Source: Scenedesmus sp. PABB004
Taxonomy: Eukaryota
Length of the DNA: 64,000 nucleotides
Assembly (NCBI GenBank): GCA_014905635.1
Contig: CM026547.1
Location: 2,666,001-2,730,000 of the forward strand
Reading direction: 5' to 3'
The notes under the pieces are model-generated. The model was not told the DNA's origin and did no database searches. It saw nothing but the letters and a program-made list of their open reading frames with translations. The first letter of the stretch is position 1. Each line of letters opens with the position of its first letter. The translations under genes and the position numbers were made by a program. Below, piece by piece: positions 33,091 to 45,598 of this stretch.

Positions 33091-36000
33091 ATGGCCTCCC
33101 GCGACGGCGCGCCGTCCGGCGGGGGCGAGCTGCTGCGGTTTTCGATCCACGACGTCGCCGGCAGGGGCGCCGTGACGCCCCTGCCGCCCGCCGTGGCCGC
33201 GAGATGGGCGGCCTTCTCGCGGTCCCCGGGCGGCGCGGCCAAGGAGGCGCGCGCCGCGGCGCTGCGCGGGGGCGCGTGCAGGACCTACGCGGAGGCATGG
33301 GAGCAGGTGTGCGGCCGCGTCGGGGCCCGGGCGGCGCGAGCGGGCGCTACTGCTTTCTGCGGGCGGATGCGCCGCGCCCAGCGCCGCGACCGGGCCCGCC
33401 CGGCGGCGCGTCGGCGCCTCGGAGCGGCGGCCGAGAAGTTGGCAGCGCGCCGGCGGGCGCCCGCGGGCTCCCGGCCCACGCCGCCGCCGCCGCGCCGCCG
33501 CCGCGCCGCCGCACGCGCAGGGCCGCGTGCGCTCGCCGGCGCGCGGCAGCCGCATCCGCGTGGCCGACCTGCGCGGCCGCGTCGCCGCCGCGGCGGCCAT
33601 CGCGGCGGCGGGCCAGGACGATGGCGAGCGCTCGGCCGCGCTCGCGGCGCGCATGCTGGCCAACATGCAGGCGGCGGAGGAGCGCCGCCTGCAGGCGCGC
33701 GCGGCGCAGCGCGCGCGCCTGGTCGCCAAGAGCGAGCTCATCATGGGCCGCCTGGTGAGCGCGGCGGCGGCGGCGACGGCAGCGGCGGCGAGCGGCTGGC
33801 GGGGCCCGCGCGGCGCCCCGCCGCGCGTGCGCCCCGCCCACGCGCGCCCGCGCCCGCGGCGCGCCGCGCAGGCGCAGGCGCACGCCAAGGACCGGGCGCG
33901 CCGGCAGGGCCTGCTGAACCACCTGGTCGGCCGCCTGGCGCGCGCGGAGGAGGTGCGCGCAGGGCAGGCGCGCGGCGGCGGTGGCTCTCCGCCGCCCAAG
34001 AAGGCGCGCGGCTCGTCCTGCAGCGGGCAGCTGCGCCGCATCGTGGCGGTGCGCGGCATGGAGGACTGGATGCAGGTGCGCCGCACCGCGGGCGCGCAGC
34101 GTGCGCGCGCGTGCGCAGCGGCGGCGGCGCGCCCGGGGGCGTGCGGGCGCGCCCACACCGCCGGCCCCCGCCTGCGCCCGCGCCCGCCCCACCCCCTCGG
34201 CTGCAGGGCCTGTCGCCCAAGACGGCCGAGAGCGCTGCGGTGCTGCGCGCGACGACGAGCACGCGGCGCGTCCAGCGCACGTGGCGGCGCTTTGCGCGGC
34301 AGTGCAAGACGACGTCGGCGCTCGCGCGCGCGTTTGCGGCGCTCGGCGTGGCGAGCCTACCCGCGGCGGGCGCGCCGCCCGCGGCCGCGCCCGCGCCCGC
34401 GGCCGCGCAGCCCGCGCGCGAGGCAAGCTCCGGCGGCGGCGCGCCGCCGGGCGTGGTGATGGTCGGCGGCCTTTCCAGCGCCGAGGCGTCGGCGCGCAAG
34501 CACGAGCGCTTCGAGGACTTTGCCGCCAAGCTGCAGGCGCCCGCCACGCTGCGCGCAGCCCAGGTGCGGCCCCGGCGCGCGGCCCCGGGCGCACGGGGCC
34601 GCGCACCGCCCCGGGCGCCCGGGGCGCGGCGCGGCGCGGGCCCCGCGCCGCGCCGCCGCGCTCGCCGCTCACCGCCCGCGCCCCGCGCAGGCCCTGCTGC
34701 GCCGCCTGGAGCAGCGCCTCGCGCTGCGCGGCGTGACCGACGACGGCGCGCAGACGCTGCTGCGCCAGCTCAGCCCCTCGGCGCCGCCGGGGCGCCAGCT
34801 GGAGCGCTACCCCGTGCGCGTGCTGCTGTGCGCCTTCATGATCCAGGAGCACCCCGAGGTGGTCTTCAACACCGTGGTGCGGCTGCGCGGCGCCGTGGCC
34901 CTTGCAGTGCGCCGCGCGCCAGCGAGCGCGCGCGCGCGGGCGGCCCGCGCCCTGCCGCCCACGCGCCGCCGCCGCCGCCGCCAGGGCGACGTGGAGGCGC
35001 GCCTGTCGGCGGCGGCGGAGCAGCTCGTCGGCGCGTTCGAGGCGCTGCTGGCGCGCCTGGTGGCGCCCGCGGCCGCGGCGCTGGCCGCCGCCGCGGCGCC
35101 GGCGCCCGCGCCCGCGCCCGGCAGCCCCCGCAGCCCCAGCGCCGGCGGCGGCGCGGCGGCGGCGCCCGCGGCCTGCCCCTCGCCGCTGAGCAAGAGCATG
35201 GTGGCCCTGCTGGCCAGCCAGGGCGGCGCCGCCGCGCCGAGCCCCGCCGCTGCGCGCGGCGCCGGCGGGCCGAGCCTCGCGTCGCTGCTGGTCGCGTTTG
35301 ACGACAGCTGGCTGGAGTACCTGGACCAGTTTGTGGTGTGGAAGGGCCACGACGCGGCGGGGCTGGCGACCGAGCTCATGCGCATGGCGGTGCGCCTCGA
35401 GCGCAGCATGCGCGTCAAGCTCGGGCGCCGCGAGCTGGGCAGCGACGAGGTGCTGGCCAACCCCGACCTGCGGGTGCGCCGCGGCGCTGGCGCGGCGGGG
35501 GCGGGGCGCGGACGCAGCGCGGCGTGGCGCGGCGGCTGCGGGTGCACGCGCGCGGCGCTCCGCCCAGCCGGCCCGCTCACGCCGCCGCCGTGCGCGCAGG
35601 CCATGGTCGCGCACGTCGCGCACGACCACGCGCTGCTCGCGGAGCGCATCGCCCGCCTCGCGGGGGCCGAGGGCTCCGCGCGCCTCGCGGCGGCGCTGGA
35701 GCACGTGCGCCAGCAGGTGTCGGCGGAGCTCACCGCGGCGGAGGAGGCCGAGGCTGCCGCGGCCGCGGAGGCCGGCGGCGAGGCGGCAGGCGCCGACGGC
35801 GACGCGAGGTGCGGCCGCGGTTCACCGGCGGGGCGCGCCGCGGCGCCGGGCGCGCGGCGGCGGGGGCGATCGGCACAGCCCGCACCCCAGCGCCGCCGCG
35901 ACACGCCGCACGCGGACGGCATCGCGGTTGCCGCCTTTTTTTCTCGCGCCGCGCCGCCATGGCCCCACTGCGCCTGCGCCCCGTCGGGCTGGCTTTGGCC

Positions 36001-38239
36001 GTCGCCCTGTGGGCCGCGGGGCCCCTGGGCGCGGCGATAGGGGCGGTGTGGGGGCTGCTGGGCCGGCGCAGGTGCTGCTGCACTTGAAGCAGCGCGGCCG
36101 CTGCCGGGGGGCGTCGCGCATCCCTGGCAGAGCGCATGCGCTCGCTCCCTCTTCTCGTGCTCCCTGCCAGCGCGCTCACGCCATGCGCCGCCGCCGCCGC
36201 CGCCCGCCGCTGCTCGCCGGCGCCGCGCCGCGCGCAGGTCGCGGCCGGCCGTGTCGCGCTCGCTGTCGCGCGGCGCCAGCGTGCACGACCCGGTGTCCGA
36301 CGCGGAGGCGCTGGCGGCGGCGCAGGCGGCGGCGGCGCCCGGCGGCTCGGCCCCGGCCCCCGGCGACGACGACGGGGCCGCCGGCGGCGGCGACGCGCTG
36401 AGCAACGAGGCCATGGTGTGGGAGATGCTCTACAACCCCTCCTTCAGCCTGCCCACCGCCGAGGCGGAGGCGGCGTGGCGCCGCGCGATGGGCCGCGACG
36501 ACGGCGAGCCCGAGGCGCTCGACGCGTCGGAGCTCGAGGCGCTCTCGCCCGACGAGCTGACCGCGCTCGTGGCGGGCCGCGCGCGCGTCATCGCGGAGCG
36601 CGCGTTCTGGGACTCGATCGTGTGGCGCTTCAAGACGGCAGTCGTCGGCCACGCGCTGCCGGGCCAGCTCGCGCCGCTGCTGGCCGAGCTGGGCACCGAG
36701 CTCTCCGGCTTTGTGCGCGACGGCCTGGAGGCGGCGCAGCTGGCCGAGATGTACGCGGAGCCCGCGGTGCTGTCGCGCCTGAGCGCGCGCACGGGGCTGC
36801 AGGGCGGCGGCGCCAACCTCACCGCGCTGGGGGCGATGATGGAGCAGCTCGCCGCCGCGCTGCTCAAGGACGGCCCGCCCGAGCGCGGCGCAGAGGCCGC
36901 GGCCGCGGCGGCGGCGCTGCACGCGCGCATCGCGGCCGCGCTCGCGGCCGCGGCGGTGGCGGCGCCGAGCCGGCACAGCAGCAGCGGCGCGGCGGAGCCG
37001 CCCGCCGGGGGGCAGCCGGACGTCGCGGCGGCGCTGGCAGAGGCGCTGGCGGGCGGGCTGCGGCTGCTGATGACGCAGCTCAAGGTTGTCAAGCTCGACG
37101 CCGCCAACGCGCGGCTCGCGGGCCTCGCGCGCGCGATGCGCGAGCGCGGCGCGGTGGGGTACCTGCAGACCAAGCTCGCGTCGGCGTGGCAGCTGCCCGG
37201 CCCCGAGGCGCCCGGCGCCGCGGGCGCGGCCGAGCTCGCGGCGCGGCTGCCGCGCACCGCGGCGTGGCTCGCGGCGGCGCGCGCCGACGCGGCGCCGGCG
37301 CTGCGCGCGGGCATGGAGGCAGCCGGGCTGCTGCTTGACGCGCAGGCCGCGTCGGCGGCGGTCGTCGCGGGCGGGCTGCAGACGGTCGAGCTGCGCTCGG
37401 GCGTGCGCGCGTCGCCCGGCGCGTCGCCCAGCCCGCGCAGCCCCGGCGCCGGCGCGGGCGGCGCCGGCGGCGGCGGCGCGGTGCGGCCGTCGTTCCCCGT
37501 GTCGCCGGACAGCTGGCAGGGCGCCGTGCGCGCGGGCCTGCTGGCGCTCGTGGCGTCCGACGCGCCCGCGGCGGGGCCGGGCCTGCCCGAGGTGCTCGCC
37601 TTTGACCGTGCGCGCCTGCACGAGGCGCAGAACGCGCTGCAGCAGCTCCTCGTCACCGCGGCGGGGCTGCTCATCGTGCAGCAGCTTCGCGCCGCGGCGG
37701 GGCTGCCGTGGGACGGTGAGCTGCGCGCCGCGGCGCGGCGGCGCCTCATGGTCGTCGCGGCCGACCCCGGCACCAAGCTCGCGCACATCGTGGCCGAGCT
37801 CACCCACCTCGCCGGCGCCGGCGGCGTCGCCACGGAGCAGCGGGTGCGGCGCGCGCCGGCCGCGCCCCGCCTGCGCGCGCGCCCGCCGCTCGCGTGCGCC
37901 GCCGCTCATGCACGCCGTGTGCTGTGTGCTGTGCGCTGTGTGCTGGCGCAGGTGAAGGGCATGTTCACTGCCATTGTCAACCCCGAGGCCGCGGGCTTCA
38001 AGGCCATCCGCACCGCGCTCTCCGCCGCGCTCGGCGCCCACCTCATGTACGGCCGCGCCGCGCTGGCCGCCGACGGCGCCGCCGCGGCGGCGGCGGGCGC
38101 CGCGCTGTCGCGCGTCGGCGCGGCGGCGCTCGCGGACGACCTCGCGCAGCTGGGCGAGCGCCTGGCGGGCGTGGCGGCGGTGAGCGAGGCCGTGTGCGGC
38201 GACGTGCTGGCGACGCTCGCGGGCGTCGGCAGCGCGTGA
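33091..38239 (+). CDS. T-complex protein 11 (TCP11/SOK1) family protein, multi-exon
   Basis: RYPVRVLLCAFMIQEHPEVVF, FDDSWLEYLDQFVVWKGHD, NEAMVWEMLYNPSF, AERAFWDSI, LPEVLAFDRARLHEAQ. Confidence 0.88.
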
Positions 38240-38383
38240 GCAGCGTGTGAGGAGCGCGCGGCGGCGCAGCGCGGGGGGCAGGCAGGCAGGCAGGCGGGCG
38301 CGCAACCAGCAGCAGGTGCACGGTGGAGGCAGCGGAAGCAGCGCCGAGTTGACTGCTTGTACATCATCCGACCGTGATCCCTC

Positions 38384-38388
38384 TGTAA
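38384..38388 (+). terminator. TGTAA polyadenylation signal (TCP11-family gene)
   Basis: About 145 nt after the stop. Confidence 0.7.
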
Positions 38389-38626
38389 CTGTATAGGCTT
38401 GCGCCCCCAGCGCCGCGCCTCCAAACGGCGCGGCAGCGGCGGCGGCGCTGGCCCGGGGCGCGGCCTGCACACGGCCGGCCCCGGCCGCGCCGCGCTCACA
38501 CGGCGACGCTTGCGCCCCGCACACACAAAAATCCCCTGCGCCGCCGGGCGCGGCCGTGACATGGCCGGGCCGGCGCGCCCGCCATGCGGCGCAGAGCAAT
38601 GGGCGGCCCGCCCCACGCGCGTTCGC

Positions 38627-40048
38627 TCAACGTCCCTGGACGTGCAGCTGCACCTCGTCGTCCCCTGCACTGCTGTCGGCCTGCAGCCGGCTGTACCCCG
38701 CCGCGCCGCCGCGCTCCGTGGCCGGGGCCGCGCCCCGCGCGCACGCGCCGCCGCGGTCGCCGTCGCCCCGCTTGACGCTGCCGCCGGCCGCGAAGCTGGC
38801 GATGCCGCCGCCCGCGAGGAGGAGCGACGCCGCGAAGAACGCGGCGGAGGAGCCGGGGAAGCCGCCAAACCACGCCGCGCGCGCGCCCGCCGCCCACGCG
38901 TCTGCTGTGAGGAGCCCCAGGTTGAGCACCGCCGCGCCGCCGAGCAGCAGGACCTGGGGCACGACGGAGTAGATGACCAGCATCGCGCCGGCAAAGCCCG
39001 CGAGCGGCCACGCGACGCCGCCGCCGCCGCGCGCCCACGCCGCCGCGGCGGCGCCCCACTCGCCCAGCGCGGCGGCCTGCGCGCCCGCCACGGCCGCGCC
39101 GGCCGCGCCGAGGCCAGCCAGCAGCGCGGACGGCTCCTGCGCGCACGCGCCCTCCAGCAGTGCCTCCTGCATCACGTTGGCCACGCCATACAGCACCGCC
39201 CCCAGCACGGCCAGCGCGTCGCCCAGCAGCGGCGCGCCGCCGGCGCCCGGGCCGCCCCCCGCCGCGAGCAGGCTGCGCGCGAGGCGCGGCGGCGCCGCCG
39301 CGGCGCCCGCGTTGGCGGCGTCGCCCGCCACCAGCAGCGCGAGCCCGCCCACGCACGCGCCGGCGCCGAAGCAGTGCGCGCGGCCGTAGCGCGCGCCCAG
39401 CGCGAGCGCCGACAGCACCATGACGACGGGCAGGGTGAAGCAGTCCAGCCTGGCGCGCGCGGCGGGGCGGCCGGACGGGCCCGTGAGGGGGCCGCGCGGG
39501 GCGCGCGCAGGCCGCGGCGGGCCGCGGGGCCCGCGCAGTGCGCGGCGCGCGCTGTGCGCCGCGCGGCCCTCTCACAGCTGCACGCTCGTCAGGCTGGTCA
39601 GCCGGATGGCGGTGACGACCAGGAAGTTGGCCTGGGCGTCAATCACCGCCAGCACCGCCACGGGCCAGCCGCGCCGCCACGTGCGCCTCGCCCACGCGCC
39701 CGGCGGCGGCGGCGGCGGCGCGGTCTGCGCGCCCGCGTGCGGCAGGCCGCGGCGCCGCAGCGCCCGCGCGGCGACGATGGCGCCGTGGACCGCGGCGATT
39801 AGCGCGTAGCTGAGGCACGCCTGCACCGCGGGGACGCTCGCGCCGCGCTCCGCGAGCGCCGCCGAGGACACGCCGGTGCTCGCCACGACGACCGACAGCA
39901 CCTGCGAAAGCACGATGGCCAGGACGAGGCGCCGCGAGCCTGCCAGCAAGGGCGCAGAGGCGGGGTGAGCATGGGGCGCATGCCGCCGCCGCCGCTCCTG
40001 GCAGCAGCGCCCCGCACCGGCGCGTTCGCCGGCCTGCGGCGCCGTCAT
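38627..40048 (-). CDS. SLC35F-family (DMT superfamily) transporter, 3 exons
   Basis: LSQVLSVVVASTGVSS, IDAQANFLVVTAIRLTSLTSVQL|LDCFTLP, LLGDALAVLGAVLYGVANVMQE, VLNLGLLTADAW. Confidence 0.9.
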
Positions 40049-40312
40049 GCGCGCCGCCCGTCGACCGCGACGTGTCCGGCTTGGAGGAGAGCGCAGCCGC
40101 AGCGGCTACGCCATCGCGAGCCTCGCCGCGGCGGCAGTGGCGCGCTGCCGCACTCGCGCGCAAGCCCTCTCCCCGCCCCGCTGGCAATGGAGCTGGCGGC
40201 GCGGGCACGGGGCGCGGCGCCGGTGCAAGGGCGCAGGGCGCAAGGGCGCAGGGCGCAGGGCGTGCGGGGCGCGGGGCGCGCGGGGCGCGGGGGCGCACGG
40301 GGCACGCAGCCG

Positions 40313-41647
40313 TCACCCGCCGCCGCCGCCCGCGCGGCCCTCGTCCTCCTCGGCGCAGCGCGGGCAGGCGCAGACAAAGCCGTACGCGAAGCGCAGGAAC
40401 TCGCGGCGCCCCGCGGCGCCCTCGTCGACGTAGGAGATGAACAGCTGCTCGCCCTGCGCCAGGTCGCGCGCGGCGGTGAAGACAGCGGTCGCGTCGTTGG
40501 CGGGGAAGCTCACGCGCACGTTGGGCTCGCAGCTGTGGTTGAACAGCGAGGCGAGGAGGTACAGCGCCGAGCCGCTCGGCGCGTCCGCGCCGAGCATCGC
40601 GGCCGCGCCGGCCGTGGAGAAGTCAAACGACCACACCGCGTCCACCTTGAACGTGTTCAGATGCAGCCGCGCCATCACCGCCGTCCACCACGTGACGTCG
40701 AGCTCGGCGAGCGCGCCGGCGAGGCGCGCCGCCGCGCCCGGCTCCTCCAGCATCGCCCCGCCGGCCGACAGGGCGCGCGCCAGCAGCGCGTGCGCGTGCA
40801 CCCAGGGCGCCGGCGGCGGCAGCGGGACGTTGGCGAAGCAGAGGCAGCCGAGCGCGGCGTTGATGGCCGCGAGGCTGCCCGGCTGCGGCGGGCGCGCCGC
40901 GCCCTTGCCGCCGCCGCTGGTGGTCAACAGCGCGCCGGCGCCCCGCCGCCGCGCCCAGCCGCCGCTGCTGCTGCCGCTGCTGCTCGCCGGCCAGCTCGCG
41001 GCGCCGAGGCTGCCGCGGCTGACGCTGCCGAGCGTCGCCGCGCTGCGCGCGCTGCGGGCGCTGCCGGTGCTGCCGACGCTGCCGCGGCTGATGCGGCTGA
41101 TGCGCCCGATGCCGCCGCCGGGCGGCGGCGGCGGCGGCGGCTCGCCGTGCAGCGCGTGCTGCGCGGCCGTGAGCGCGAGGCGCGCCGCGAGCAGGGGGAA
41201 GCGCTCGCCCGCGGCCTCGCACGCGGCGTCAAACGCGCCCAAGTCGACGCACGCGCCCTCGAGCTCATAGTACTGCGACCTCGCCTCGGCCAGGCACGCG
41301 GGGCCGCAAAAGGCGGCGGCGCGCTTGTGGATCGCGCCCGCGCCGCCCGGCGGCAGCACCGCGAGGCAGTGATAGCAGACGCGGCGGCGGTTGGCGGCCG
41401 CCGGCGCGGCCACGAGCGGCCGCTCGCGCAGCAGCTCCGCGCCGCTCGGGACGTCCGTCGCCGCGGCCAGGCCGCGGCCCTGGCCCGGGAACTTGCGCAC
41501 GAGCAGCAGCGGCGCGGCCGCGAGCAGCTCCGCCAGCACCGGCGGCAGCTCGGGCTCGGCGTCGCGCACGCTGCTGAGCAGGCGCTTGAGCACGCCGCCC
41601 AGCGCGCGCTCCGCGGCGCCGTCGGAGCTCCGCAGGCGACGCAGCAT
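40313..41647 (-). CDS. SET-domain lysine methyltransferase (SMYD/ATXR4-like), intronless
   Basis: GQGRGLAATD, CYHCL..FCGPAC, ASLFNHSCEPN, GEQLFISYVD, YGFVCACPRC. Confidence 0.92.
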   Translation of the reverse strand: MLRRLRSSDGAAERALGGVLKRLLSSVRDAEPELPPVLAELLAAAPLLLVRKFPGQGRGLAAATDVPSGAELLRERPLVAAPAAANRRRVCYHCLAVLPPGGAGAIHKRAAAFCGPACLAEARSQYYELEGACVDLGAFDAACEAAGERFPLLAARLALTAAQHALHGEPPPPPPPGGGIGRISRISRGSVGSTGSARSARSAATLGSVSRGSLGAASWPASSSGSSSGGWARRRGAGALLTTSGGGKGAARPPQPGSLAAINAALGCLCFANVPLPPPAPWVHAHALLARALSAGGAMLEEPGAAARLAGALAELDVTWWTAVMARLHLNTFKVDAVWSFDFSTAGAAAMLGADAPSGSALYLLASLFNHSCEPNVRVSFPANDATAVFTAARDLAQGEQLFISYVDEGAAGRREFLRFAYGFVCACPRCAEEDEGRAGGGGG

Positions 41648-42012
41648 CGTGGATCGGGCCGCGCGGCCAGGCGGCCGCCGCCCGCGCGGCGACGCGCCGC
41701 CGGTGCCGGTGCTGCTGCCGCTGCCGCTTGTGCGCGTGCGAGCAGAGATGGGTCGGCAGCGTCGTGTAGGAGGAGAGCGCAGAGCCGTGTCGCACCGACG
41801 GGGACCCGGCTGGCGCCGCAGCGGATGACCGCAGCGGTGCGGAGCGTCACGACGCTTGGCGGGCCCGCCCGACCGCCCAATTGTGCAGGACTGCGCCGGG
41901 AACCCAACCAGCGTGTGGGGGCAACAGCGACGGCGGCCGGCAAGCGGGGGACGCTGCGCGGCGCGCCGGCAGCAGCAGCGCCGGCGGCAGGAGCTGCACC
42001 GGCACCACGCAT

Positions 42013-42066
42013 CAGCAGCAGCAGCAGCACCACCACCACCAGCAGCAGCAGCAGCAGCAGTAGCAG
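42013..42066 (+). repeat. Compound (CAG)n(CAC)n microsatellite upstream of the ZIP gene
   Basis: Directly visible. Confidence 0.9.
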
Positions 42067-42100
42067 GAGCCAGCGGCGGCGGCCCTCGCCGGCGGCGGCG

Positions 42101-43578
42101 ATGGCGACCAGCATCTGGTGGCCGCTGCTGCTGTCGACGCTGGCGGGGCTGTCGACCACGGTCGGGGCCGCGCTGTCGGTCCTGGGCACGCCCGACGAGG
42201 GCACGCTCGCGTTCCTGCTGGGCTCAGGTGTCGGCTCGAGGGCCGCACACGCGTGCGCGCTGCCCCTCACCACCCACCAAGCCGGCGCTCGCCCCGCGCG
42301 GCTGCGCGCCGGCTCACGCCGCCGCCGCCCGCCCGCCCGCGCACAGCGATCGGCGTGATGGCGACCGTGTCGTGCGCGGAGCTGTGGGTGCACAAAGCGC
42401 TGCAGCGCGGCGACTGGGTCGGCGTCACCGCCGCCGTCGCGGCCGGCGCGGCGTGCTTCGCCCTGATCGACCCGCTGCTCCCGCGCGCGGAGCCGCAGGC
42501 GCTGCTGCCGGCGGGAGCCGAGCAGGTGCGGCGGGCGGCCGCGCACCGCGGCGCGCCGCGGCGCACGGCAGCGCGCTGAGCGCCGCCGCCGCGCCCGCCG
42601 TCGCCGGCAGCAGGGCGGCGAGGCGCCGCACGCCGCCATCAGCATGGACGCTGAGGTCACGCTCGGTGGGTGGCGGCGCGGGCCGGCGCGCCCCGCACGC
42701 CCGCGCGCCCGGCGCCCTCGCACCCGCTCACAGCCGCCGCCGCCGCCGCCGCGGCGTGCGCGGCAGCCACGGCGGTCAAGCGCCAGGGCTTCTCGCTGCG
42801 CCAGCAGGCCGCTGGCGGCGGCGGCGGCGGCGGCAGCGCCGCGGGCAGCCCGCGGCACGCGGCCAGCCTCGCCCGCGCCGGCAGCAGCGCGGTGCTGGCC
42901 GCGGAGGAGCTGCTGCCGCTGCAGGCGGCCGGCGCCGCGCCGGCGCCGCGCGAGCCGTCGCCGGGCGGCGGCGGGCAAGCGGCGGCGGACGCGCGTCCGC
43001 CGGGCGGCGCTGCGTCTGCTCACGGGGGCATGTTGCGGCTGGGGCTGCTCATGGCGGCGACGCTCACCGCTCATAACGTGCCTGAAGGCGTCGCGGTCGC
43101 ACTCAGTGCTTTGAACGAGTCCAACGTGGGCCCCATCGTCGCGCTCGCCATCGCGGCGCACAACGTGTGAGCGTGCACGCGTCGCGGCGGGGGGCCAGGC
43201 CCCTGCCCCTGACCCGCACCCACGGCCCTCACGCCGCCCCGCACCCACCACCACGCCACACACCCCAGGCCAGAGGGCATGGTCATCGCCCTGCCCATCT
43301 ACATCGCCACCGGGTCCCGCACGCGCGCGCTCGCGCTCGCGGCCGCGTCGGGGCTGTCCGAGCCCCTCGGCGCCCTCGCCGCGCTGCTGCTCGCGCGGCC
43401 GTTTGTGACGCTCGCGGCGCTGGACTACCTGCTCGCGGCCGTGGGCGGCGTCATGCTCGCGGTCTGCGCCCTCGAGCTCGCGCCCGAGGCGCGGAGCTGC
43501 CGGCGCGACGCGCGCGCCGCGCAGGGCGCCGCGCTCGGCGCGGCGGTCATGGCGTGGACGCTCTACGTCGGCGTGTGA
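42101..43578 (+). CDS. ZIP (ZupT/GufA-type) metal transporter, 4 exons
   Basis: LLSTLAGLSTTVGA, TLTAHNVPEGVAVA, IAAHNV|PEGMVIALPIY, SGLSEPLGAL. Confidence 0.93.
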
Positions 43579-43697
43579 CGCGCACGCGCGCGGCGGCCGA
43601 TGACGCGCGCGGCGGGCGGCTGAACGAGGCCAACGTGTCGTTGCCCCGCGCGCCAGCCCGCCGCTGAGGACGCGCCGCAGCGACGCGCGCGCCCCGC

Positions 43698-45237
43698 TCA
43701 CGCGCGCGCTCGCTTGGCCGGCGGCTGCGCGGCAGCCTCGCGCGCCGCCGCCTGCTCGCCGCCCGCCGCGTCGTCGCCACCCGGAGCCTCGCGCTGCGCC
43801 AGCAGCACCCATGCGTCCTGCGACGCCGCCGCGCGCCGGCGGGCGGCGTCGGCCGCGCGGCTGAAAGCGCAGCGCCGCGCGCAGACGCGGCCCACCTGCA
43901 GCTGCGCCGCGCCCAGCTCCAGCAGGGCGGCGAGGCGGCCCACGCGCAGGCGGGGGTGCAGGTCCAGCATCAGCAGCACCGGCCGGCCGCGCGCCGCGGC
44001 AGCCGCCTGCTCCGCCGCCGCCGCGGCCGCCGCGTCGCCCGCGCCCGGCGGCGGGCGCGGCGGCGGCAGCACGCGCGCACGGTAGTGTGCGTGCCCGCCG
44101 GTGCAGCTCGCCTCGCAGAGCTCCGGCTGGCAGGCCGCCCCGAGTGCCTTGACCGCGACGCCCTGCGGCGCGGCACGGGCGCGGCGTTCGCGAGCGCGGC
44201 AGGCGGGCTGCTGCTCGCGCGGCTGCGGGGCCCGCATGCCGCGGGGCGGCAGTGGCGGCGGCGCCGCGCCTCGTACACGCCCGCCGGCAGCGTGAGGCTG
44301 GCGTGGTGCTTGGGCCCCCCAGCACCTGCATGTCCTCCAGCAGCACAAACCCCACGTGCCGCCCCAGCAGACCGCCCGGCCCGCCGCCGCCGGCCGCCTC
44401 GCCCGCCTCGGCCGGCAGCGCCTCAGCCGACGCCTCCGCGCCCGACGCGGCAAAGCGCCGCAGCTGCTGCAGCAGCCACGGAGTGCGCACGTAGCCGCGC
44501 GCGCCGGCGGCGTCGAGCAGGCCAGCGCGGCGCAGCGCAGACGCGACCGCGGCCGCGTCCCCGCCGTCCGGCGGCTCCTCGGCGCCGGGCGGCGCCTCGA
44601 GCTCCTGCGGCGCCGGCGTGGTCGCAGCCGACTGTGGCGGCGGCGTTGGGCTGGCGTCAGGCGCCGCCTGCGGCTGCCCCTGCTCCTGCTGCTGCCGCTG
44701 CACGCCGGCGGCCTCGGCCGCCGCCGGGGCGGCCGGCTGGCTCGGCGGCGCGGCCGCTGCCGGCGGCGGCGCCGGCTCCTCGCCGCTGTCGCCGTCCTCG
44801 CCCGCAGGGGGGCTGAGCGGCAGCCGCTCCACGGGCAGCTCGGAGGCCGCGTCCAGGCCCTCGGGCCACCACCCCAGCGCCGCGAGGTCGGCCGCGGCAA
44901 ACGGCACCACCGCCCCGCCGCCGCCGCCGGCGGCGGGCGGCAGCGCGCGCGCGGGGCCGCCCTCGTGGATGGGGCAGATGGGGCGCCGGCCCCGCATCGC
45001 GGCGAGCAGCTCGGCGCGGTTGAACTTGCTCGCCGACAGGCCGTGCAGCGCGAGCAGCGCGCGGAGGTCGCCGAGCTTGTAGAAGCACTCCTCGATCGCC
45101 GTCACGCCCTGCACCTCGCCCGTGCCCTTGGTCAGCGCGGCCCACATGGAGGCGTAGGCCTCCAGGCTCAGCGCCGAGACCGCGGCGGCCGGCGGCGCCG
45201 CTGCCGCCGGCGCCGCAGCGCCTGGCGCTGCGGCCAT
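43698..45237 (-). CDS. Hypothetical protein, 2 exons, two ordered regions separated by a Pro/Ala linker
   Basis: LSLEAYASMW..YKLGDLRALLALHGLSASKFNRAELLAAM; GFVLLEDMQ|GVAVKALG..VLLMLDLHPRLRVGRL; GT-AG intron about 4325 nt-scale not applicable, spans ~44163-44325. Confidence 0.65.
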
Positions 45238-45598
45238 GCCGCCGGTGCGCAGGCGTGAGCGCGGGGCCTGGTGACCGTCGCGGCGGGCGAGTGGCGGGCC
45301 AGCGCTTGCCCAGGAGAGCAACGACTGGCGCGCAGCGCCGCGCGGCGCGCTTGAACCGCGTCAGCTGTCGCCGACGACGCGCCGCACCATTCTCGCCCCA
45401 CCCGCCACCGCGGCGCACGACACGCTCCCCCCGTGCGCCCACACACGCGCCCGCCCATCGCGCACGCCGCGCACGCCGCCGACCCCGCGCCGCCGCGCGC
45501 CAGTCCCGCGCTGCTGCCTCTCGCCTGCTGCCCCCCGCCCCAGCGGCACGCGCCCCGCCCTCCCGTCGCCAAGATCGGCCGCCGGACGGCCCGGCAGC

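Noticed and set aside
40924..45321. Very long ORF-track entries (1465 aa here, 1301 aa at 19371-23276)
   Set aside because: Stop-poor frames caused by extreme GC; they run antisense to or across recognisable genes
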